From the IMG/VR virus record IMGVR_UViG_3300045988_122072, positions 32,001 to 96,000 of that record: a stretch of DNA of 64,000 nucleotides; one strand, given 5' to 3'. Each line of letters opens with the position of its first letter. The stretch's first letter is position 1. Both the position numbers and the translations under genes were made by a program. The DNA comes from a virus. Positions 16,810 through 25,952 of this stretch are shown piece by piece. The notes below the pieces were generated by a model, which did no database searches, had not been told where the DNA came from, and saw only the letters and a list, made by a program, of their open reading frames with translations.

Positions 16810-17175
16810 ATGTTGAAAGTTACTTTGGCAAATGGTACTGTTATCGAGGCTTCTACCGTTGAAGAATTGGCTGCTGTTCAGTCTCTTCTTTCTTCTTCTG
16901 TTCCTAGTAAACCTACCAGGACTACTGGAATGAGTGCTGCTGAAAAGTGGGAAAAGAACAAAGCTGACAGAGCCGCTGAACGTGAGGCATTTTACAAGAC
17001 ACATAAATGTGTCAAGACAGCTGACGAAAATAGGGCTATGGTCTATGAAGCTATGGGCTATGTTCCTAAGTCTGGAATGTACTTTGACAAGGCACTTTAC
17101 AAGGCTACTGCAAAGAAACTTGGCGTTCTTGGTAAGTCCGGCAAGGTTGTCGGCACTTATGAAGAGATCAAGTAA
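16810..17175 (+). CDS. hypothetical protein (121 aa), first rightward gene
   Basis: ATG 16810 with TTGGAG SD. Followed by a strong terminator. Confidence 0.7.
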   Translation: MLKVTLANGTVIEASTVEELAAVQSLLSSSVPSKPTRTTGMSAAEKWEKNKADRAAEREAFYKTHKCVKTADENRAMVYEAMGYVPKSGMYFDKALYKATAKKLGVLGKSGKVVGTYEEIK

Positions 17176-17192
17176 CGCGACCTGATCCCTAT

Positions 17193-17229
17193 AGCCTCTC
17201 ACCCTTCGGGGTGAGGGGCTTATTTTTTT
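17193..17229 (+). terminator. rho-independent terminator
   Basis: 12-bp stem AGCCTCTCACCC / GGGTGAGGGGCT with a TTCG loop, then TATTTTTTT. Confidence 0.85.
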
Positions 17230-17231
17230 GT

Positions 17232-17270
17232 GTGAACGGTTTTGTATTTTTTCAAGCCGTTCACTTTTCT
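17232..17270 (+). terminator. second tandem terminator-like hairpin
   Basis: GTGAACGG-17 nt-CCGTTCAC, then TTTTCT. Confidence 0.45.
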
Positions 17271-17423
17271 TATGTTCTCGTGTCTATGTGTTTTTGCATA
17301 GATGCGTTTTTATATATTTCACCGGGCTATGAGGTGTGAGTCCCCATAGCTCAACAAACAAACACCCAGTGTGAAACAGACGAGCATTATATGCGAGTCA
17401 ATAATATTTAGGAGGTACAAATT

Positions 17424-17627
17424 ATGAAAAAGTCCATTATCATCTTCTCTGCTATCTGTCTCATGCTCATTGCCTATATCATTGGTGTCAAGGTTGGTCG
17501 CAACGAGGCTATTCATAATGCTTACTTGGTGAGTGACGACGGCGATACCTACGTCATTGGTTACGGCTACAATAATGACGACGAGCTTGACGATGAATAT
17601 CATGAGTACATTCGAGAGGAGGAATAA
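17424..17627 (+). CDS. small membrane protein (67 aa)
   Basis: AGGAGG SD. N-terminal hydrophobic helix IIIFSAICLMLIAYIIGV. Confidence 0.7.
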   Translation: MKKSIIIFSAICLMLIAYIIGVKVGRNEAIHNAYLVSDDGDTYVIGYGYNNDDELDDEYHEYIREEE

Positions 17628-17630
17628 CCT

Positions 17631-17834
17631 ATGAACAAACTAACCCTTATCCAATTGCTCAACGTAGCAAACATCCCTTTCTTATCTTACACTGACAAGG
17701 TTGTCTTTGTGGTTGAGGATGAACTTCACAAATGCTTTCTCGATGAGAATGACTGTGTAGCCGCAGAAGAAACATGGTCTGACGGATGCACACTTGATGA
17801 TTATGTCAAAGAAGCTGGGAGGAATGATTTATGA
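17631..17834 (+). CDS. hypothetical protein (67 aa)
   Basis: GAGGAGG SD. Confidence 0.65.
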   Translation: MNKLTLIQLLNVANIPFLSYTDKVVFVVEDELHKCFLDENDCVAAEETWSDGCTLDDYVKEAGRNDL

Positions 17835-17953
17835 AATGTATCGATTGTTGTTACTGTTGGAAGGACGAGGATGATAAATATCCTTGTTGTCATTGGGCAT
17901 CCAAATGTCCTGATGACATTCCACCATGTGAGGATGAGGAGGCTGATGAATAA
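17831..17953 (+). CDS. 40-aa Cys-rich acidic peptide
   Basis: MKCIDCCYCWKDEDDKYPCCHWASKCPDDIPPCEDEEADE. ATGA overlap with the upstream stop. Below the ORF-track cutoff. Confidence 0.45.
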   Translation: MKCIDCCYCWKDEDDKYPCCHWASKCPDDIPPCEDEEADE

Positions 17954-17955
17954 AT

Positions 17956-18171
17956 ATGAGCGTTGAATTCCTACTTAAAACTCTTGCACTCAAGTGCAAA
18001 AATATCATTTGCACCGACCTTAGCATTGTGTTTGAGGTCGGTAATGTTTTGCATGAAGCAATGTATGCACATGGTCATGTCTATCAGGAGTACATCTTGG
18101 ATGACATGACGCTCAACGACTACATTGCACTTTGCAAAACTTATCATGTTCACTATCAACAAATTGCTTAG
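17956..18171 (+). CDS. hypothetical protein (71 aa)
   Basis: GAGGAGG upstream; co-oriented. Confidence 0.6.
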   Translation: MSVEFLLKTLALKCKNIICTDLSIVFEVGNVLHEAMYAHGHVYQEYILDDMTLNDYIALCKTYHVHYQQIA

Positions 18172-18327
18172 TAGGAACACAAAATGACATTTACATTCAC
18201 TGACCTGAAGAATCTCTACTGAAGTGATAGTTATGACATCTACCAAAAAGGTATCCACTACACATTGAGTACCAAATCACTTAACTGTGATGGTATTTAT
18301 GCTCGACTCAAATTTGGAGGTAATGAT

Positions 18328-18459
18328 ATGAATGTCAACTGGGATGAGCAGTATGCTCAGCTTGAGATGGATGAGGCTTATGACAAGTATCTTGACAGGT
18401 GTGCCATACTCGGCATGCCTCCAATGCCTTTCGGTGTGTGGAAGAAGTACTACAAATAA
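18328..18459 (+). CDS. hypothetical protein (43 aa)
   Basis: GGAGG SD 7 nt before ATG 18328 (the track starts at TTG 18265). Confidence 0.5.
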   Translation: MNVNWDEQYAQLEMDEAYDKYLDRCAILGMPPMPFGVWKKYYK

Positions 18460-18470
18460 ACCTGTAGCAA

Positions 18471-18496
18471 AAGCCCTTGACTTATGTCGAGGGCTT
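18471..18496 (+). terminator. conserved hairpin element copy A
   Basis: AAGCCCTTGAC-ttat-GTCGAGGGCTT, then ctctatGGGCTTATTT. Confidence 0.5.
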
Positions 18497-18568
18497 CTCT
18501 ATGGGCTTATTTAATGACCACCCACTAGCAATAGGGGTTAAGGTCAAGCTCATAGGAAGGAGCAAACA

Positions 18569-18766
18569 ATGACTAAGTTTGAGCAAAGAGGTATCAATTT
18601 CCAGTATGATGCAACAACTAAGGAGCAAGCACAAAAATCTTTCCAATATTCTTGCGACTGCTGCTGCAACAAGGGTATGCGCATTGATTGCGACCACTGC
18701 GCAATCAGCTACACCCACAAAATGGTTGTGGCGTATTTTGAAACTAAGGAGGAAGAAGCCCACTAA
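18569..18766 (+). CDS. Cys-rich small protein (65 aa)
   Basis: GGAAGGAG SD; contains CDCCCNKGMRIDCDHC. Confidence 0.65.
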   Translation: MTKFEQRGINFQYDATTKEQAQKSFQYSCDCCCNKGMRIDCDHCAISYTHKMVVAYFETKEEEAH

Positions 18767-18818
18767 CAATTAAATGTCACTGGTCAAATCAACAAGTATA
18801 AAACAGGAGGATTGCAAT

Positions 18819-19013
18819 ATGACTAAACAGCAGCGAGACATCATTGACGCCAAGAAAGAAGTATTCCGTGGTTTCTGCCTCAAGTGGGACAAGGACATTG
18901 AGCGCCGCTTCCTTGATGAGTGCTCCCGGCGTCCTAATGCCGACCATCAAATCATCATGGACAGGCTGACTCATGACAAAATTCAGGAGCGTTTCGATGA
19001 GTTCTACGGATGA
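18819..19013 (+). CDS. hypothetical protein (64 aa)
   Basis: AGGAGG SD 8 nt before ATG 18819. Confidence 0.6.
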   Translation: MTKQQRDIIDAKKEVFRGFCLKWDKDIERRFLDECSRRPNADHQIIMDRLTHDKIQERFDEFYG

Positions 19014-19114
19014 CTAGTTACAACCCATGCTGGCTAAGCAACGAGGTGTGCAACGTCAATAAGTCACAATTTTTCCGATGAGCCGCGCCAGTTCCAACTG
19101 AATAAAACCTATAT

Positions 19115-19143
19115 GAAGCCCTTGACCTTGCGTCGAGGGTTTC
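19115..19143 (+). terminator. conserved hairpin element copy B
   Basis: GAAGCCCTTGAC-cttgc-GTCGAGGGTTTC, then cttatGGGCTTT. Related to 18471-18510. Confidence 0.45.
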
Positions 19144-19170
19144 CTTATGGGCTTTGCTCAGAGACTTGCA

Positions 19171-19212
19171 TAAAACACGAATCAAACAGACAAGTGTAAA
19201 ACACGAGTCAAA
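19171..19212. repeat. direct repeat TAAAACACGA(A/G)TCAAA, two copies
   Basis: 19171-19186 and 19197-19212, in the leader of the 19249 gene. Confidence 0.6.
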
Positions 19213-19248
19213 TTTAATAGCCGACGGGCTTAAAACGTGGAGGTTTTT

Positions 19249-19746
19249 ATGAATAAGCAGGAAGTTATGAAGGCTCTGGCTATCTGCGGTGGTATCAATC
19301 GTGTGGGCTGTGAGGAGTGTCCTTACTATGGTGTGGAGAGCTGTGATGCTCGTATGAACAACGATGCTATTGCTCTGCTCAATTCTGAGCCTGAGCATAA
19401 CTCCAAACCCGCTTATCACACCGCTTACATCTACACCAAGCACGACAACCTGAGCAAGTGGTTCAATGTGAATTGCAGCAAGTTCATTGTTGACGGCAAC
19501 ATGGAGTACTCCGCACACTTCGTAAGAGCCGAAGCACATTATGCTCAGGAGCGTATCGTTAAGCTCGTTATCCTTGTTCGTCATGAGGCTGGCAAGTGCA
19601 TTTGCCGCATCAAGTGTCCCATCAATCCTCTGCCCATTAAGGGCGAGTTTGAAACTACTGCTGCCGCTGATGTTGGCAGACTGATTATGTCCATGGGCTG
19701 GAACTTCAGCCACAAGATTGAACTCAACTCTCCGCTTTACAAATAA
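19249..19746 (+). CDS. hypothetical protein (165 aa)
   Basis: GGAGG SD before ATG 19249. Confidence 0.7.
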   Translation: MNKQEVMKALAICGGINRVGCEECPYYGVESCDARMNNDAIALLNSEPEHNSKPAYHTAYIYTKHDNLSKWFNVNCSKFIVDGNMEYSAHFVRAEAHYAQERIVKLVILVRHEAGKCICRIKCPINPLPIKGEFETTAAADVGRLIMSMGWNFSHKIELNSPLYK

Positions 19747-19822
19747 GGCGGAGCGCAAGAAAGGGGGTGATGCCAAAACAATTATATCCACGCAAATCAT
19801 TAAATTTTAGGAGGTAAATCAA

Positions 19823-20071
19823 ATGAAACTCAAAAGCGAAATTCCTTTCATCAAGGCAAACTTCAGTAAAATCCCCAACTTGCCCGAGTATGCCGAAAGA
19901 CTCAAGGCAAATGGGAACTACAAGGACTTCGGCACTCGTCTTGCTTGGGATTGCATCCACGCAACCATCCCAAGCGAAATTGTTTGCGGCTGGTACGACA
20001 AGTACAACTGCCATGACGACCATATCACAACCGCAGCAAAAGCTGCATTAAGGGAAATGGGGGTACTCTAA
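19823..20071 (+). CDS. hypothetical protein (82 aa)
   Basis: AGGAGG SD. Confidence 0.65.
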   Translation: MKLKSEIPFIKANFSKIPNLPEYAERLKANGNYKDFGTRLAWDCIHATIPSEIVCGWYDKYNCHDDHITTAAKAALREMGVL

Positions 20072-20244
20072 TGAAGGCAAATGAATATATGCGCCAGCTT
20101 AAAGCCGCGTTCCCAAAGGCAGATGCAATTTATGAGGACACAATCATTGATATCTGTGGCATGGAAGGGTTTCTTTCTTTAAGGGAAAGCCGCCTGATCG
20201 AACTGTGCGGTGTTCTCGAATGCAGACGACTTTATGCCATTTAA
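20071..20244 (+). CDS. hypothetical protein (57 aa)
   Basis: TAATG stop/start overlap with the upstream gene. Below the ORF-track cutoff. Confidence 0.45.
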   Translation: MKANEYMRQLKAAFPKADAIYEDTIIDICGMEGFLSLRESRLIELCGVLECRRLYAI

Positions 20245-20268
20245 GGCAAATGGAAAGGAGAATGTAAA

Positions 20269-20781
20269 ATGACTGAATATCAAGCTCAAGCGAAATCATT
20301 CCTTGCTAACTGCAAGGCAACAATGGAAATCAACTTTGTTGGAAGGGAAATTCCTTCCCACTGGTTGGGCGAAACCAAGCCGCACAACAAGTATCAGTTC
20401 ACCATCACAACTCCCAAAGGCAAATACACAAGTTACTTCTGGGACAGTCTGCACAACACCGAGGTAAGCGAAATGACTGCCGATAATCTTGCGTGTAAGA
20501 AATACAAGGCACACTATGATGTGCTCAGGATGCATGAAAGAACCAATGTGTTGCGTGAACTCAGAAAACTCAAGGCAAACGCAATTCCTACCGAATACGA
20601 CATCCTTGCAGCCGTAGAGAAGTACAGCTACGACAGCTTCAGCGACTTCTGCTCCGAGTCTGGCTACAGTACCGACAGTATCTCTGCAAGGGAAACATTC
20701 CTTGCTTGTGGTGAGGAATATGCAGGGCTTCGCCGTATCTTTACGGAGGAGCAAATGGAAATGTTAAGGGAAATTAATTAA
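20269..20781 (+). CDS. hypothetical protein (170 aa)
   Basis: AAAGGAGA SD. Confidence 0.7.
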   Translation: MTEYQAQAKSFLANCKATMEINFVGREIPSHWLGETKPHNKYQFTITTPKGKYTSYFWDSLHNTEVSEMTADNLACKKYKAHYDVLRMHERTNVLRELRKLKANAIPTEYDILAAVEKYSYDSFSDFCSESGYSTDSISARETFLACGEEYAGLRRIFTEEQMEMLREIN

Positions 20782-20794
20782 GGAGGTAAGGCAA

Positions 20795-21028
20795 ATGACA
20801 TTCAAGGAATTTATGCACACACCTAACTCGCACCTTGACAATCTTGCAAGGGAAGCAGAAGCTCAGAGAACTGCTGACGAGGAAGCCATCTTTGATGAAC
20901 GAATCAGCAAGGCAGAACAGTGTCTGATTGACAACGGAATTGAACCAGATGAAGCACCTGTTGTTCTTCAGGCATTGGGTTACATTCTGCTCGATGAAGA
21001 ACTTTATCCAGAGGAGGAATCAAAATGA
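20795..21028 (+). CDS. hypothetical acidic protein (77 aa)
   Basis: AAGGAGG SD. Confidence 0.65.
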   Translation: MTFKEFMHTPNSHLDNLAREAEAQRTADEEAIFDERISKAEQCLIDNGIEPDEAPVVLQALGYILLDEELYPEEESK

Positions 21029-21231
21029 CCATTCAAGATAAACTCGGCATTATTTATGCTATTTCTGATTGTTCGGGTAGGTCATGCAATAATTGTGTCG
21101 CAGGGAAAACATGTCGTGGCGGACAAAAAACCTTTGTCATTGACCTGGTAAACGAAGTTAAAGCTCTTATCAAAGAGCGAGATGAGGCAGTTGCTGAACT
21201 TGCCGCCCTCAAAGAAAAACCCGAAAATTAA
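21025..21231 (+). CDS. hypothetical protein (68 aa)
   Basis: GAGGAGG SD; ATGA overlap. Confidence 0.65.
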   Translation: MTIQDKLGIIYAISDCSGRSCNNCVAGKTCRGGQKTFVIDLVNEVKALIKERDEAVAELAALKEKPEN

Positions 21232-21266
21232 ACAATACAAAATTATTACTGAAAGGAAATAAAACC

Positions 21267-21686
21267 ATGAAAAAGATTCTTGCTATCGTTCTTGCCCTGC
21301 TCGTTATCCTGTCCATGACTGCTTGCGCCAACTCTACCATGAAGGCAACTGAGCCTACCGAAAAGGAAAGCGATATCATTGAAGATGCATTCGTAAGCGA
21401 AATTGATGCAGAGTTCAAGTTGATTTTCGGAGATGATATGCTCTTCTCCATGTACGAGGACGAATGCTACTCCATCGTAATTAGCTTTGAAGGAATTCAG
21501 GATATCTATGATTATTATCACAGAATCCCTGACGAAGTATCTGACTCCATCGCGGAAATGAGCAACGCAACTTGTGAAGCAGGTCTTGACAATATGTTTG
21601 TGGTGGTGAGTGACATTGACCAGACAGAGCTACTCATCATCTACAACGGGACTGATGTAACGGAGGAGGTGCTCAATGCAGACTGA
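21267..21686 (+). CDS. putative lipoprotein
   Basis: Signal peptide MKKILAIVLALLVILSMTAC with a lipobox-like MTAC. Confidence 0.65.
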   Translation: MKKILAIVLALLVILSMTACANSTMKATEPTEKESDIIEDAFVSEIDAEFKLIFGDDMLFSMYEDECYSIVISFEGIQDIYDYYHRIPDEVSDSIAEMSNATCEAGLDNMFVVVSDIDQTELLIIYNGTDVTEEVLNAD

Positions 21687-21789
21687 AATCAAATGTGAAC
21701 ATGGGCATTACGTTGTCTATGTGAATGGAAAATTCTATTGCAGCGCTGATACATACAGCGAGGCAGAAAGAGAAATTGAGGAGGATTAA
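21676..21789 (+). CDS. 37-aa peptide
   Basis: GGAGGAGG SD 6 nt upstream. Overlaps the lipoprotein gene end. Below the ORF-track cutoff. Confidence 0.45.
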   Translation: MQTEIKCEHGHYVVYVNGKFYCSADTYSEAEREIEED

Positions 21790-21792
21790 ATC

Positions 21793-23607
21793 ATGTTCAA
21801 TGTTGGTGACAAGGTAATTGGCGTTCCTTGTTCTCCATACAGCATCACAGGATGTGGATGGATTGGCGTTGTAACTAAAATTATAGGCGAACACACCATG
21901 AAGGTGTTCGATGAAACATCCGGCGAATTTATTGTTGAGAAAAAATATTTCAAACTGTTCAAGGCAGAAGAAAAGGAGGAAAATAAAATGGATGTAAAAG
22001 AAATTATCACTGAGGAAGAAAAGGAAATGCTTCTTGAGGACATGAAGCATCTGCTTGATGAGTATGACTACGACTACACCGAGGAAGCGCTCGACAGGAT
22101 CATTAACACATGGGCAGAAAACAAGGCAGACCTTATCACCGCTTTCAAGAAGCATCCGAACTATCTCAAAGGCAAATTCATGATTGTATTCAGCCACAAT
22201 TTTGCACGCGAGACAAGCACCAATGCGCTTAGAGACTTTGCCAAATGGCTTCTGGATTTGGACAATACACTTGCAGTAAGGGAATTCATGCCTGATGACA
22301 TGAAAGACTATTGCACGTCTTATGGTAAAAAACTTCCTGAAGCTATCTTCAATTTCGTTATCAATCTGTACCAATTTTCTGACCAGTACATTGACGAGGC
22401 AACCGCAGGTAAATTTAATGAAATGTTGCCTGACATTCACGCTCACAACGGACAGAAGATGAGCCGCGTTATGAGCAAGCTGCTCACATACATTGGCTAC
22501 AATAAGCTGCCCGACTACAATAGGGAATTTGCAAAGTATGCTGATGCAATCAATCCGCTTCAGATTGTAAGGCATACCGTTCTTTCTGTGAACCCGCTTG
22601 ATTATCTCACCATGTCGTTTGGTAATTCGTGGGCAAGCTGCCATACCATCGACAAGACCAATAAGAGAAATATGCCGAACAGTTATGAGGGGATGTATTC
22701 CTCTGGCACTGTAAGCTACATGTTGGATAAGCCTTCCATGGTATTCTATACTGTGGACGCAGCCTACGGAGGGAAAGATTTCTGGCATGAGCCTAAGATT
22801 AACCGTCAGATGTTCCATTGGGCAGAAGACAAACTCGTACAGGGCAGACTGTACCCGCAAGACAATGACGGAAACGGTGGTGCATATGCTCCTTACAGAG
22901 AAATTGTCCAAAAGATTATGTCCGAAATCTTTGAGTTTCCGAATCTGTGGACTGTCTCAAAGGGAACTGATGCGGCAAGCAAATATGTGGTATCCGAAGG
23001 CACTCACTATAGAGACTATGAGAGCTACAGTAATTGCACACTTTCTCGTCCGAAGGGAAGCGAGAATGAAGAATACTTCACCGTTGGTCATGCACCGATT
23101 TGTATCAAGTGCGGCTATGAACATGACAAACAGGGAAATATTTCTTGCTGCGCTAGTAAAGTAACTTGCGCAAATTGCGGTTGTCTCATTGAAAGTGATA
23201 GCGAAGAAGTCGTTTGGATTAACGGAGAACCGTATTGCAGCGATTGTGTAAGCTGGTGCGACTGCTGTGATAGCTACGTTGTTGGCGGTGTAACAGAAGT
23301 AGATGGTGGCAATTTTGTGTGTGACGATTGTTTGGAAGATTACTACAGACAGTGTCACGATTGTGGAGAGTACCATAGGGAAATCCGCATGGTATATGTA
23401 GATTCCATTGAAGATTATGTTTGCCGCGATTGTCTTGAAGAGAATTATTGTTTCTGCGATGACTGTGGAGAATACTTCAGAAGCGGAGACTTGACAGAGC
23501 ATAACGGACGTTGGCTATGTGATAGTTGTCTTGAAGGAGCGGAAGCACAGGAAGAAGACGATGAAGAAGAAAACTCCGAGGCAAACGCCGAAGAACAGGC
23601 TATTTAA
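21793..23607 (+). CDS. large protein of unknown function, paralogue A; C-terminal LIM-like CxxC repeat array and acidic tail
   Basis: 604 aa with GAGGAGG SD. The conserved core NPLDYLTMSFGNSWASCHTIDK...GMYSSGTVSYMLD...LVQGRLYPQDNDGN is shared with 26943-28484. Confidence 0.8.
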   Translation: MFNVGDKVIGVPCSPYSITGCGWIGVVTKIIGEHTMKVFDETSGEFIVEKKYFKLFKAEEKEENKMDVKEIITEEEKEMLLEDMKHLLDEYDYDYTEEALDRIINTWAENKADLITAFKKHPNYLKGKFMIVFSHNFARETSTNALRDFAKWLLDLDNTLAVREFMPDDMKDYCTSYGKKLPEAIFNFVINLYQFSDQYIDEATAGKFNEMLPDIHAHNGQKMSRVMSKLLTYIGYNKLPDYNREFAKYADAINPLQIVRHTVLSVNPLDYLTMSFGNSWASCHTIDKTNKRNMPNSYEGMYSSGTVSYMLDKPSMVFYTVDAAYGGKDFWHEPKINRQMFHWAEDKLVQGRLYPQDNDGNGGAYAPYREIVQKIMSEIFEFPNLWTVSKGTDAASKYVVSEGTHYRDYESYSNCTLSRPKGSENEEYFTVGHAPICIKCGYEHDKQGNISCCASKVTCANCGCLIESDSEEVVWINGEPYCSDCVSWCDCCDSYVVGGVTEVDGGNFVCDDCLEDYYRQCHDCGEYHREIRMVYVDSIEDYVCRDCLEENYCFCDDCGEYFRSGDLTEHNGRWLCDSCLEGAEAQEEDDEEENSEANAEEQAI

Positions 23608-23622
23608 GGGAGGTAAATGAAT

Positions 23623-24534
23623 ATGAATAAAGAGTTTGAAAAAATCTGCCGCATGTCTCAGAAATCACTAAAGAATCATGTGAAACAGAAACTGGTAAAA
23701 ACACACGGCGAAATTGTCAGCGGGGATGGTTTTGTGTTTGCACAAGGCAAATTCCCCGTGCTCTTGATGGCACATCTTGACACAGTGCACAAAAGCTTGC
23801 CGACCATGGTTGAATATGATACAGAACAGAACATTATTTCTTCTCCTAATGGAATTGGAGGGGATGATCGATGTGGTGTATACATGATTTTTAAGATTCT
23901 CAAAAAATATAACTGCTCAGTCCTTTTCTGCGAGGATGAGGAGATTGGATGTGTTGGCGCAGGGAAATTCATTAAAACAGAACTTGCAAAGGAACTTGAT
24001 TTTAATTACATCATTGAGTTCGACCGTGCCAACGCAAACGACGCAGTATTTTATCAGTGCGCAAATGATGAGTTCGAAAAATTCATCACAAAGGAATTCT
24101 ATAAGACAGCATTCGGTTCGTTCTCTGATATTTGCGAGGTTGCGCCATTCATTGGGTGTGCGGCAGTGAATCTCAGCTGTGGATATTACAGAGCGCATAC
24201 CACAAGCGAATATGTGGTGATTTCTGAAATGGAAAGGAGTATTCAGGAAGCATGCAAGATTCTTGAAAGGACAACGGAAAACGACAAATTCAATTATGTG
24301 GAAAGCTATTGCAGTGCCGCAGCAGATTGGATTGATGATATGTATGATGACTATTATGGCAGCAAGTATTATGTTGTCGAATATGTAGACAAAAATAATA
24401 TTATGTGCTGGTATGATACGATTGCACATTCCAAGGCAGAGGCAGTCGGCAAATTCGTTATGGAATGCCCCGACATTCCTTTCGAAAACGTAATTGACGT
24501 CATGGTTGACAGTAACGTATATAACTATATCTAA
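23623..24534 (+). CDS. M20/M28/M42-like metallopeptidase
   Basis: MAHLDTVH, GGDDRCGV and CEDEEIGCVGA. GGGAGG SD 9 nt before ATG 23623 (alternative ATG 23617). Confidence 0.6.
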   Translation: MNKEFEKICRMSQKSLKNHVKQKLVKTHGEIVSGDGFVFAQGKFPVLLMAHLDTVHKSLPTMVEYDTEQNIISSPNGIGGDDRCGVYMIFKILKKYNCSVLFCEDEEIGCVGAGKFIKTELAKELDFNYIIEFDRANANDAVFYQCANDEFEKFITKEFYKTAFGSFSDICEVAPFIGCAAVNLSCGYYRAHTTSEYVVISEMERSIQEACKILERTTENDKFNYVESYCSAAADWIDDMYDDYYGSKYYVVEYVDKNNIMCWYDTIAHSKAEAVGKFVMECPDIPFENVIDVMVDSNVYNYI

Positions 24535-24581
24535 TAACAAAAACAAAATTATTGCCAACTGGCAGAAAGGGAATTGACATT

Positions 24582-24941
24582 ATGAAAAACATCACCATCA
24601 TCAAGGCTAAGTACATTGTGGAGAGCGACCGTCGTAAAGGTAAGGCAGTCATGTGTCTTGACACTGGTGAGGTATTCACTAGTGCAAAGGAATGTGCAGA
24701 TAAAAAGCATATGCCGTATGATAATTTTGCATATAAACTGCGCGATGGCAAGATTGCCGTGGATGGCAAACTGTATTGCTATGTCGAAGACATGAGCTAC
24801 TATGCAAACGCTATTCAGTCCAGAATCTATGCAAAGGCAAAGATGGAGTATGATGCGGCGGTGCTCCAGTTGGCAGAGATTGAGCGCAAAAAGACAGTTG
24901 CAAAGGCAAAGGTTGATAAGCTGAAAATGATTGTTGAATGA
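24582..24941 (+). CDS. hypothetical protein (119 aa)
   Basis: GAAAGGGA SD before ATG 24582 (the track starts at TTG 24552). Confidence 0.6.
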   Translation: MKNITIIKAKYIVESDRRKGKAVMCLDTGEVFTSAKECADKKHMPYDNFAYKLRDGKIAVDGKLYCYVEDMSYYANAIQSRIYAKAKMEYDAAVLQLAEIERKKTVAKAKVDKLKMIVE

Positions 24942-24955
24942 GGAGGTAAAGTAAA

Positions 24956-25150
24956 ATGAAAAAATTTCGCAAATGGTTCTTCAAACTGCTCACGGGCTAT
25001 GATCTGGTTGAATATGAAGATATATTGAATGAATGGGGCAAAACACTCAAGATTGCAAAGGAAGTACAACAAACTAATGAAGCAGTTTGCAAACATTCTG
25101 GTGAAGTTATAGATCTACTGAAGCGTTATGTTAATGAGGTGGCAAAGTAA
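24956..25150 (+). CDS. hypothetical protein (64 aa)
   Basis: GAGGAGG SD. Confidence 0.6.
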   Translation: MKKFRKWFFKLLTGYDLVEYEDILNEWGKTLKIAKEVQQTNEAVCKHSGEVIDLLKRYVNEVAK

Positions 25151-25231
25151 AGCAAGTTGACACAGCAGTATAATAAGGGTAAAATAATTACGAATAATGT
25201 ATAGGTCTTGTTAATAAAGGGAGGTAAACAA

Positions 25232-25378
25232 ATGGTTGTTATTTTACTTATTATCATTGCTTGTGTACTACTATTCGGAAAGGACGAAACAAAAGACGGG
25301 ATTATTGCTCTCATTGGAACTATCGTAGTCTTTGCAATTATTGCAATGATTGCAAATGCATGTGGATTTTTAGACTAA
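25232..25378 (+). CDS. 48-aa two-helix membrane peptide
   Basis: MVVILLIIIACVLLFGKDETKDGIIALIGTIVVFAIIAMIANACGFLD, with GGGAGG SD. Below the ORF-track cutoff. Confidence 0.5.
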   Translation: MVVILLIIIACVLLFGKDETKDGIIALIGTIVVFAIIAMIANACGFLD

Positions 25379-25455
25379 ACAAAATAGTTTGTCCTATAAT
25401 AGGGCAAACTAACACGAAACGAAAATACAATACGAAATTAAAGGGAGGAATAAAT

Positions 25456-25878
25456 ATGAACGTATCAAAAGAAATCAAAAAGGCAGAGGCAATTAACCGC
25501 ATGAAAGAGCTTGGGCTGTTTGCTCCGTGTATCAAGGCATTCAAGAGAGGCGAGGTGCAGCTTTCTGAACAGACTGGAGGTTTGTATGAGTTCAGCAGCG
25601 ACAAGGAACTTACTGCAAAGGTGCAGGAGTTTGAAAAGGAAAACAATGCGCTTGTGTATCATGTAATTCATACTCCTGTAATGATTGACGGTGAAGTAAT
25701 GGATATGTACAATTTCTTGTATGTATCGGATTATCAAGAGGAATACGAAATGGACAATGCCGACATTAAGGAGGGATATGTGCTTGCATATGTATGGAAC
25801 AAAACTATTGACTACTTCAGCGAGTTTGGCAGCATTGCTGTCAAGGAAAGGTTCGGTGGGCTTGTGCGAATCGGCTAA
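25456..25878 (+). CDS. hypothetical protein (140 aa)
   Basis: AAGGGAGGA SD before ATG 25456, with a leader-box variant just upstream. Confidence 0.7.
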   Translation: MNVSKEIKKAEAINRMKELGLFAPCIKAFKRGEVQLSEQTGGLYEFSSDKELTAKVQEFEKENNALVYHVIHTPVMIDGEVMDMYNFLYVSDYQEEYEMDNADIKEGYVLAYVWNKTIDYFSEFGSIAVKERFGGLVRIG

Positions 25879-25901
25879 GAAAATTTGTTGAATATGACAT
25901 A

Positions 25902-25929
25902 TTGAATTTTGAGAAAGAGGTGATATAAT
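25902..25929 (+). promoter_or_regulatory. sigma-A type promoter
   Basis: TTGAAT-16 nt-(TGa)TATAAT. Confidence 0.5.
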
Positions 25930-25952
25930 AAAGGCAAAAGGGGCTGATGCGA

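Noticed and set aside
16495-17202. Minus-strand ORFs 16495-16716 (73 aa) and 16804-17202 (132 aa).
   Set aside because: The first lies in the AT-rich control region, has no SD, and spans terminator-like and repeat elements. The second is antisense to the first rightward gene and reads through its terminator.
19018-19800. 260-aa ORF on the minus strand.
   Set aside because: It is antisense to the 19249-19746 gene (GGAGG SD, co-oriented with its neighbours) and runs through an intergenic region containing plus-strand terminator-like hairpins.
21673-22911. 412-aa ORF on the minus strand.
   Set aside because: It is antisense to the 604-aa plus-strand gene, which has a GAGGAGG SD and a conserved paralogue. 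It has no SD and opposes the local gene orientation. It looks like a typical stop-poor antisense frame of a GC-richer coding region.
25261-25455. N-terminal extension of the 25261-25878 ORF (205-aa version).
   Set aside because: The extension overlaps the better-supported 48-aa membrane-peptide gene and an intergenic region with a leader-box variant. ATG 25456 has an AAGGGAGGA SD.
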